A stretch of DNA of 6,836 bases from Promethearchaeota archaeon (GCA_048939465.1 JBHLPL010000106.1:1-6836); one strand, 5' to 3'. Positions 1 through 5,680 are shown, counted from the stretch's first letter. Translations and numbers: made by a program. The notes: generated by a model not told the origin, from the letters alone.

Positions 1-2
1 AA

Positions 3-89
3 TGCCGGGAGCCGGACTCGAACCGGCACTCCCATTGCTGAGAAGCGGATTTTAAGTCCGCTATGTCTACCAAATTCCATCATCCCGGC
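3..89 (-). tRNA. tRNA-Leu, anticodon TAA (class II, long variable arm), 3' CCA not encoded
   Basis: Reverse complement folds as a full cloverleaf: acceptor GCCGGGA/TCCCGGC + discriminator A; D arm ATG-GAATTTGGTAGA-CAT; anticodon arm GCGGA-CTTAAAA-TCCGC; variable arm TCTCA-GCAA-TGGGA; T arm GCCGG-TTCGAGT-CCGGC. Followed by TT, not CCA. Confidence 0.97.
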
Positions 90-98
90 ATAATACTA

Positions 99-1172
99 TC
101 AAGGCTTTGCGGGCAACAAGATTCTCTTAGACCTCGGATGTGCTGGATTTGTGCGGTCCTGGTGATCATTATATTCTTTGAAGTTGAGCATGTCAACCGC
201 CCTATGCAACGTCTCACTAGATAAGTGGCTGTACCTCATCGTCATGACTATCGTCTTATGTCCTAGCAACGCCCTTATTTGCTGAAGGTCGATTCCTAGC
301 ATCGCTAGATGAGAAGCAAAGGTGTGTCTCAGGTCGTGGAACCGGAAATCGCTTATGTTTGCATTTCTCAAGGATCGTTCCCACGCGGTTTGTATGCTTC
401 TAATCGGCTTCCCGTGCTTACCAGAAAAAACATATCCGTGTGAGACTTCATGAGGCAGTTTGATCAAAGTTGTGTACAGAATATCATTGAAAGGAATGTG
501 TCGTGACTCGTGATTTTTTGAATCTCTCACCCTTATCAATCTCTTCGCTAAATCAACATCTGACCACCTTAGGTTTAGTATCTCACCTTTTCTCATCCCA
601 GTGTAGAGAGCAGTAATAACAACCGGTTTGATATGTTGGGGACAACAATAGAGCAGCCGTTTTATCTCATCGTCATTCAGGTAGCGAGTTCTCCCAGGTG
701 GTTCTCTAAGTTTCCTGACTGAACGCAGAGGGTTCTCGGTCAGATAACCCCAGTGAACCGCCTTGGTGAACATGTGCTTGATGCAGGAGATTTCCCGATT
801 AATAGTAGCAGGCTCAACCTTCATCTCTCTTCGGGTCACTATGTACTTCTCCATATCGTGTGCTTTGATCTCAGAAACAAGTTGGCCGGCAAAAGTACGT
901 AGCAGATTGTTGATGCTCGTTCTGTCTCGGCGAAGAGACTGGGCACGCTTGTGAGCCTTGGAGAAAACGAGGTATTCTTCGCATAGCTTTTCAAAGACCA
1001 TTGGCTTCATCAATGGAACCCCGAGGAACTTGTTCGCCGCAATTTGCGTCTTGATCTTTCTTTCGTATTCTTCAGCTTGTTTCTTCGAGGTCCCAATGAT
1101 TTCGCGTTTCCATTTTCCGTTTGGGAGGGAATAGCCTACGCCCCATTTCTTACCGCGTTGATAGACGCTCAT
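99..1172 (-). CDS. int: Tyrosine recombinase / phage integrase (357 aa)
   Basis: Full catalytic set R194 (TGMRKGE), K219, H279-x-x-R282 (HDLRH), H305 (LGH), Y314. N-terminal arm-binding-type segment (VYQRGKKWGVGY) and core-binding domain (PATINRE). SD-like AAGGGGG before the ATG. Confidence 0.97.
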   Translation of the reverse strand: MSVYQRGKKWGVGYSLPNGKWKREIIGTSKKQAEEYERKIKTQIAANKFLGVPLMKPMVFEKLCEEYLVFSKAHKRAQSLRRDRTSINNLLRTFAGQLVSEIKAHDMEKYIVTRREMKVEPATINREISCIKHMFTKAVHWGYLTENPLRSVRKLREPPGRTRYLNDDEIKRLLYCCPQHIKPVVITALYTGMRKGEILNLRWSDVDLAKRLIRVRDSKNHESRHIPFNDILYTTLIKLPHEVSHGYVFSGKHGKPIRSIQTAWERSLRNANISDFRFHDLRHTFASHLAMLGIDLQQIRALLGHKTIVMTMRYSHLSSETLHRAVDMLNFKEYNDHQDRTNPAHPRSKRILLPAKP

Positions 1173-1202
1173 CTATTCCCCCTTGTTTTTATTACGTACA
1201 TG

Positions 1203-1230
1203 ATTCTAACTACAGTAGGAAGAAAGTCAA
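1203..1230 (-). promoter_or_regulatory. sigma70-type promoter for int
   Basis: TTGACT (1230-1225), 16 nt, TAGAAT (1208-1203), in the xis-int gap and pointing at int. Confidence 0.7.
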
Positions 1231-1233
1231 CCA

Positions 1234-1446
1234 TCATATGATTCGGCCGCTTTTTGACTTATGTATACTCTTCTTACTTATCCACTGTTCGATCGCAGAA
1301 ACCTCGAATCGGAGTAATCTGCCGAGTTTAACATGTGGAATGTACCCACGATGTTTCCAATCATAGATCGTTTTCGGCTTAACCTGTAGCAAACTAGCAA
1401 GTTGTTGTACATCCATGAATCGTTTGTTGTCGTTAGTCCTCAACAT
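1234..1446 (-). CDS. xis: Excisionase-like HTH DNA-binding protein (HTH_17/MerR-like fold, 70 aa)
   Basis: MDVQQLASLLQVKPKTIYDWKHRGYIPHVKLGRLLRF pattern typical of excisionase-family HTH proteins; SD AGGAG; directly upstream of int; start overlaps the rep stop. Confidence 0.88.
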   Translation of the reverse strand: MLRTNDNKRFMDVQQLASLLQVKPKTIYDWKHRGYIPHVKLGRLLRFEVSAIEQWISKKSIHKSKSGRII

Positions 1447-1903
1447 TGTGCTCTCCTATCACGCTCGACTTCGCACTGTCCTGTGATTTCTCCTCAGCCT
1501 CGCCGTGTTCTGAGGAGAGACCATGTAACGATTCTTTCATTTCTGAATGACTTTGTCTGCTCTTCAGTTTGTTTTGTCGCTGCCTGCGATATTCAGATTG
1601 GTACTTCTTCCAATTTGTCACGGTGATAATATTGTTGCTATCAACACTGATACGGCCTGTTATCTTTAAGCGTTCTTTGGTTTTACGCCATTCATCGATA
1701 ATGATATTTAGAATAGCCGCTATTTGATCATCCGTCAAAGCAACCTGGGAACTCAATTTGATTACACCATCATCACCGTAGGCACTGTCTCCAGCCAAGG
1801 CAATGATGTCGGCAAAAATGCCCCTCGTGGTTGGCGACTCATTTCGTAACGTGCCACGAAGCCACTTGTCTGTGTAGATCTTAATCCATGTCCTTCTACC
1901 CAT
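1433..1903 (-). CDS. Phage replisome organiser N-terminal-domain (Rep initiator-like winged-helix) protein, 156 aa
   Basis: N-terminal WIKI..DKW, RGIF.DII.LAG, G.I and I.VTNWKKYQ motifs followed by a basic RRQRQ helix, as in phage replisome organiser N-domains; strong SD AAAGGAGG. Confidence 0.75.
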   Translation of the reverse strand: MGRRTWIKIYTDKWLRGTLRNESPTTRGIFADIIALAGDSAYGDDGVIKLSSQVALTDDQIAAILNIIIDEWRKTKERLKITGRISVDSNNIITVTNWKKYQSEYRRQRQNKLKSRQSHSEMKESLHGLSSEHGEAEEKSQDSAKSSVIGEHNVED

Positions 1904-1985
1904 TGTAGACCCTCCTTTCTCGAGCCGCCCGTTCTAACATTTGCGTCTCGTTGCCTAGCATTTGTGCTTCTTTTGCATAGTACAT
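1896..1985 (-). CDS. Possible 29-aa peptide MYYAKEAQMLGNETQMLERAARERRVYNG, coupled to rep
   Basis: ATG at 1985 preceded by GAAAGGT; its stop overlaps the rep start region. Too short to be sure. Confidence 0.3.
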   Translation of the reverse strand: MYYAKEAQMLGNETQMLERAARERRVYNG

Positions 1986-2152
1986 AATTTTACCTTTCGA
2001 AGAGGCGGTTCTGTTTACTCACGTTCTTGCCTCTCTATATATGCACTTTTTGGTCTATTCTGGGCCCTGCAAACAGGGATTTCGAGGTAATTTTGTTAAT
2101 AAACACTAAATTTCAGCACAATTATGGTGTATTTTAGACCTATCCTGTTTTG

Positions 2153-2404
2153 CTACGCGACTCTTTCACCGGTGATAGTGTTCAAATCACGCAGCGAAGA
2201 GGCTTCACCGTGAAGCATATTGATCAATGAAAGGCCTACGATTCTACTGAGATTTGTATGTAACGCTTCAAGGAATGAAAGCAGAGTCAATTCCTTATCA
2301 AATCGCTCCATTCTACGCAAAATTGTGAGCGATGAGTGTATTCTTTTGAGGAAATCCTCGTACATGCCAACGTACTTAGTGCAGTACAGTTCTTCACCTG
2401 TCAC
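2153..2404 (-). CDS. Hypothetical protein (83 aa, GTG start), possibly the distal half of a longer in-frame gene
   Basis: Co-oriented with the module, helical-looking composition, weak SD; same frame as 2420-2692. Confidence 0.45.
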   Translation of the reverse strand: MTGEELYCTKYVGMYEDFLKRIHSSLTILRRMERFDKELTLLSFLEALHTNLSRIVGLSLINMLHGEASSLRDLNTITGERVA

Positions 2405-2419
2405 AATGCTGATAGTATC

Positions 2420-2692
2420 TCACTGAAGTTCTTTAGTTTGTGGATCAGCGGTTAAGTTCATTGACCTTTCCAGCATATACATGCCATTAAAGATGCCATT
2501 AAACATGCCATTAGGTTTGGTGGCATATGTATGCCAATATGTATGCCAATATGAGTAAATGTTTTTATCTTTCTCTTTCTCCTTCTCTTTCTCCTTCTCT
2601 TTCTCCTTCTCTTTCTCCTTCTCTTTCTCCTTCTCTTTGTAATATTCCGTTGTAACCCTATCCACTTTTCCGCGATTTTGTGTGTTTTTCAC
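2420..2692 (-). CDS. Hypothetical repeat protein (90 aa) with (KE)11KDK tract and YWHT/NGM repeats, resembling the linker/iteron part of phage Rep proteins
   Basis: KEKE..KDKNIYS linker and repeat-encoded peptides are typical of phage replication initiator mid-sections; GTG start, weak SD. Confidence 0.45.
   Translation of the reverse strand: MKNTQNRGKVDRVTTEYYKEKEKEKEKEKEKEKEKEKEKEKDKNIYSYWHTYWHTYATKPNGMFNGIFNGMYMLERSMNLTADPQTKELQ
2481..2553. repeat. 12-bp-period iteron-like repeats
   Basis: ATGCCATTA at 2481, 2493, 2505; ATATGTATGCCA at 2525 and 2537 plus partial at 2549; inverted TGGCAT at 2521. Confidence 0.9.
2571..2638. repeat. Perfect 12-bp tandem repeat (TTCTCTTTCTCC) x5.7, pure polypyrimidine/polypurine tract
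   Basis: Units start at 2571, 2583, 2595, 2607, 2619, with a partial unit at 2631-2638. Confidence 0.97.
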
Positions 2693-2771
2693 TCCATCAT
2701 CGTACCTTTATTCGAAGTACCATCATAGGATCACGGTACCACGATTTTGAGATTTGTCATCCTGTCAACAG

Positions 2772-2817
2772 CCCCCCCAATTTACCCACCCCGGTCGATT
2801 TTGTGGGTACCCCCCCC
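2772..2817 (-). other. G-run element (G8..G4-T-G3..G7) with internal inverted repeat
   Basis: C7 at 2772-2778, C3/C4 at 2785-2792, C8 at 2810-2817; TACCCAC (2783-2789) / GTGGGTA (2803-2809) inverted repeat. Confidence 0.8.
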
Positions 2818-2960
2818 TGGTTACATGGTCGGCTGAGACCAAGAAAATTAGTAAACCCTGAAATATCAGCCTAAATAGCCTCATCTTGTATTCCGAATTT
2901 GCTGACACCCTTATTCTACAAGGTACAGACACACCTCCGGTAATAGGGGAGACTGCAGTT

Positions 2961-3129
2961 TTGTGACCATCATGGCTTGAGATCTGACTACTGATAACAA
3001 ACGTTATCGCAACTAAGACAGTCGTTTGATTCTCCGCCCAGGGCGGATTTCGGACACCAAGTCTCTCACGGCCATGACGGGGTACCATGGCCGGGTTTAT
3101 GACACCATGGCTTTGTGACACCAATGGCT
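2961..3129. repeat. Three 16-17 bp direct repeats TT(G/A)TGAC..ATGGCT with interspersed palindromes
   Basis: TTGTGACCATCATGGCT 2961-2977, TTATGACACCATGGCT 3097-3112, TTGTGACACCAATGGCT 3113-3129; palindromes 3033-3047 and 3069-3093. Confidence 0.7.
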
Positions 3130-3219
3130 GAGAAACTAAGGCTAGGCTTGGGCTGGCTGGCCATCTGGGTAGTGTCCACCTTGGCACATCTTCCCTATTT
3201 GTGAAGGCTCTTGTTTCTC

Positions 3220-3268
3220 ATGGTTGACAATAGATATTTCCCTATGGTTGACGATAGGTTGACAATGG
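3220..3268. repeat. Triple 14-bp direct repeat with GGTTGAC core
   Basis: ATGGTTGACAATAG 3220-3233, ATGGTTGACGATAG 3244-3257, TAGGTTGACAATGG 3255-3268. Confidence 0.85.
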
Positions 3269-3421
3269 GTTACTTACATCTATGTGTACTATGATGCATT
3301 TGAGGGTTAACTATTTTTGTAACGTGGAGCTCTCACATGATAGAGTCGTGGTCGGGATAGTCAATAGTTTGTCGAGACATAAGTCTAACACTAGTCGGCA
3401 CAGAACCTTGACAATCGTGAA

Positions 3422-3471
3422 TCTATCACCGTGATAGAAGTCAGTAGCTGCGAAGCTCCCACCGTGGGAGC
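3422..3471. promoter_or_regulatory. Two 17-bp palindromes sharing a CAC-C-GTG centre (operator- or cruciform-like)
   Basis: TCTATCAC-C-GTGATAGA 3422-3438 and GCTCCCAC-C-GTGGGAGC 3455-3471; centres 33 bp apart. Confidence 0.6.
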
Positions 3472-4052
3472 CATCCGCCAACAGAATAGTCAACCGGCTG
3501 CTCAATTCATATACACACGGTAAGACATGCAACCTCACAAGGAGATATACTCCTTAGGAAAATCGGCCTGTTACAGAGCAAATGGTGAGGGGACAGAGGC
3601 ATTTTGAGGAGTGTATAATGATGAACAGTTCCGCGGTACACCGTCCCGAGTGCTCAAGGTTCGTTTTCCCACGGTAGGATGCTGCCCGATTGTTTATGTA
3701 CAAGCTGTTCAGTTTGTTGACCAAACATATGATTTCTAGAAAACATAGAGAAGTTGATTAGTTGAACAGCCGTGAACCTGTACGACACAGCCAGAGTTGA
3801 TCAGAAATTCTTATGCCTCAGTTGTTCTTAACATTAAACAACAAAAAACAGCAAACTGAATATCCTATAGGATATATCTTCTATGTTATTCTCTTTCTAT
3901 TGGAAGTGACAGAGCCGGTACATCATTGTTGCCACATTTGTCGCATCACAGATGACAAACGTGGTTGATCGTCTACTCACAGGCATCGTTTTTGCGAAGG
4001 TAACTAACATAAAGCAGAAGCCGAAAGGAATTCATCGCTGATTCTGACCAAC

Positions 4053-4080
4053 TTGACTGGCCTCCAGTTGTGGCTATAAT
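4053..4080 (+). promoter_or_regulatory. sigma70-type promoter of the methyltransferase remnant
   Basis: TTGACT-N16-TATAAT, 40 nt before the ATG at 4121, which has SD AAGAGGA. Confidence 0.75.
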
Positions 4081-4120
4081 ATTGTCGGAATTCACCGCGT
4101 GAGAACTTAAGAGGACGGAC

Positions 4121-4311
4121 ATGCTGAGGATCACCAAGGAGTATAGTAAGGCTTCGTCTTTATTGACCTATTCGCGGGTATAGGAGGGTTCAGACTAGCA
4201 CTAGAGTCATTCGGTGCGAAATGCGTCTTCAGTTCTTAATGGAACAGACACGCACAACAAGTCTACGAAAGGAACTTCGGGGAAAAACCGGCTGGAGGGG
4301 AGGAATCTTAG
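4121..4311 (+). pseudogene. dcm: C5-cytosine DNA methyltransferase (M.HhaI-like) 5' remnant with frameshift, nonsense codon and truncation
   Basis: From 4159: FIDLFAGIGGFRLALESFGAKCVFSS*WNRHAQQVYERNFGEKPAG, closely following M.HhaI motifs I-II (FIDLFAGLGGFRLALESCGAECVYSNEWDKYAQEVYEMNFGEKPEG). TAA at 4237-4239 replaces the conserved Glu. The ATG at 4121 is one base out of frame (shift near 4148-4151). Similarity ends about 4296. Confidence 0.92.
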
Positions 4312-4399
4312 TACGCAATGGGTAATTACATAAAAAGGAAAAGCATTTGAACAAATGTAGATTTGCTCTCAAAGAATTCAGTAACATTGCTTTCTAAGC

Positions 4400-4427
4400 T
4401 TGACAATAACCCAGTTTTGACTATAGT
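4400..4427 (+). promoter_or_regulatory. sigma70-type promoter of the nuclease gene
   Basis: TTGACA-N16-TATAGT, 52 nt before the ATG. Confidence 0.75.
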
Positions 4428-4479
4428 TCAGCATAATTAGAAGGAAAGGGTATATTATTGATGCTGTAGTAACAGAATA

Positions 4480-5508
4480 ATGAAATACTCAGGATTTAAA
4501 CAAGCGGTTCTCAAATCCGGCATTCCGTTAGAGAAAACAATCAGTCAATACCTACTATCATTGGGATTACGTGATTGTGGAGAATATATCTACGAGAGAA
4601 ACAACAAAATGTTTTCTGTTGATAGTAGGGCAGTGGCTCATGCAGATTTTGCCCTCGACAAAAGAACTCATCTGATCAATTACGATTTCCTTATTGAGTG
4701 CAAGTACAAAGAACCAAATCATTATTGGGTGTTTGCATCTTACAAAGCAGCAAGAGTAACTCCATCTGTTCGGTTAGAACCAACAACAATTTACCTGAAT
4801 TTTCCGTTCGAGAAAAGGTTGCATAAATACGGATATCGGCTAGTAATGAAAGCAGAAGAATTCATCGAGATATATAATAAACCGCTTGATGACTTCTACT
4901 TTCCCCGCAGTATACCTTTGACCAATGCTGCGACCGAAATAGTGGATTCCAAGGGATTTAAATTTAATCCGCAAGCAATAAATGAAGCATCACATCAAGT
5001 AGTGTTCGCCTTATGTAGTGCGATCGTTGATAATACACTTTCGCTCATCGAGGAAGATATGGTTGACCCAGCTTATGCGAAGATCTTTGGAGGAAATGTC
5101 TTTGGCTGGCTTGGAAGCCTTATCTATCCCGTTATTGTTACTACTGCCAATCTCTGCGTAATCAAGTTAAATCAATCCATCAATCGCATAAAAAGAAGCA
5201 AACGATTCAACGAATCCTTTAGACAGGTGGATGCCGTCCTATTCTGTGTCACTGCCAACACAGAAATGCGTACATATATTAGAGAGCAATTTCGAAAGAA
5301 TGAAGCAAAATTGGTGCAGTCACCGTATTTTTCAAGAAGAAATTTGAATGCTGCACTTGATGATCTATTCCATTTATATAATACACCGGTACTCATTGTA
5401 AGACTCCCTGCTTTCAAAAGAGTAATGAAGACTGTGTTAAAGGAGATGAATGAGTATTTTATAGAACTGAGGAATTTCTGCAGGGGGAAGTCGTACAAAT
5501 ACGGTTGA
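4480..5508 (+). CDS. PD-(D/E)XK restriction-endonuclease-fold protein (342 aa), putative defence nuclease
   Basis: N-terminal SG.PLE (E18), VD (D48), LIECK (E73, K75) and WVF, the layout of a widespread uncharacterised REase-fold family; the C-terminal region is not recognised. Confidence 0.75.
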   Translation: MKYSGFKQAVLKSGIPLEKTISQYLLSLGLRDCGEYIYERNNKMFSVDSRAVAHADFALDKRTHLINYDFLIECKYKEPNHYWVFASYKAARVTPSVRLEPTTIYLNFPFEKRLHKYGYRLVMKAEEFIEIYNKPLDDFYFPRSIPLTNAATEIVDSKGFKFNPQAINEASHQVVFALCSAIVDNTLSLIEEDMVDPAYAKIFGGNVFGWLGSLIYPVIVTTANLCVIKLNQSINRIKRSKRFNESFRQVDAVLFCVTANTEMRTYIREQFRKNEAKLVQSPYFSRRNLNAALDDLFHLYNTPVLIVRLPAFKRVMKTVLKEMNEYFIELRNFCRGKSYKYG

Positions 5509-5619
5509 ACGGATCATTCATTAAAGGATGTTATGTCGAACACCATTCTTTTTGAGCCAGATTTTTTCCGTGGCGGCAGTTAACGGTTCTTGAATGAAAA
5601 TATCCCCTCAGAATCCCTG

Positions 5620-5660
5620 CTGGAATACGACCCACCGAGCACCATTTCGACCAGATTGCG
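5620..5660 (+). repeat. 41-bp direct repeat, copy 1
   Basis: CTGGAATACGACCCACCGAGCACCATTTCGACCAGATTGCG; 37/41 identical to 6515-6555, last 29 bp identical. Confidence 0.97.
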
Positions 5661-5680
5661 ACTGTTAGGTTTGGCTAGTC

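Larger units (their letters stand above)
99..3268 (-). mobile_element. Core of an integrative element (int-xis-rep module, origin-like repeats, boundary-like tandem repeats); phage-satellite-like or defective prophage; right boundary uncertain, cargo may extend past 6836
   Basis: Co-oriented int, HTH excisionase and phage replication-protein genes abutting a tRNA; no structural genes; no att duplication found inside the window. Confidence 0.7.

Noticed and set aside
763-1626. Plus-strand ORFs 763-954, 1044-1241, 1121-1366, 1402-1626
   Set aside because: Antisense shadows of int, xis and rep with no independent support.
2420-2422. TGA-recoding genetic code (4 or 25) to explain in-frame TGAs
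   Set aside because: The long genes contain no internal TGA, use TGG for Trp, and int, xis and the nuclease end on TGA at sensible positions.
2693-2701. att duplication: TCCATCATC matches tRNA positions 76-84
   Set aside because: Only 9 bp; some 9-mer match to an 87-nt gene is expected by chance in this window.
2220-2874. Plus-strand ORFs 2220-2426 and 2680-2874
   Set aside because: Short, opposite to the module's orientation, no clear SD or domain.
2765-3187. 140-aa ORF as a real gene
   Set aside because: No recognisable domain; it runs through DNA repeats, palindromes and G-runs that explain its odd composition.
3422-3438. tetO or lambda operator
   Set aside because: Shares the CTATCA/TATCACC words, but the half-site spacing differs from both and no such repressor is encoded here.
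3311-3538. 75-aa ORF as a real gene
   Set aside because: No recognisable motif, and it overlaps the palindrome cluster; only the upstream SD hairpin is noted.
5538-5564. Degenerate third copy of the repeat (CACCATT..CCAGATT)
   Set aside because: Only two 7-mers with altered spacing; cannot be separated from chance.
5632-5660. Repeat as a dif/pdif site or a tRNA 3' end (..ACCGAGC-A-CCA)
   Set aside because: No XerD arm (TTATGTTAAAT-like). It does end like a tRNA acceptor, but there is no T-loop and it does not match the tRNA-Leu here. Left unsupported rather than disproved.
5504-5670. Integron attC site (GTTGAAC/GTCGAAC/AGTTAAC ... GTTAGGT)
   Set aside because: R-box-like words exist, but no pairing L boxes were found, nothing comparable follows the HEPN gene, and the integrase shows no IntI-type insertion.
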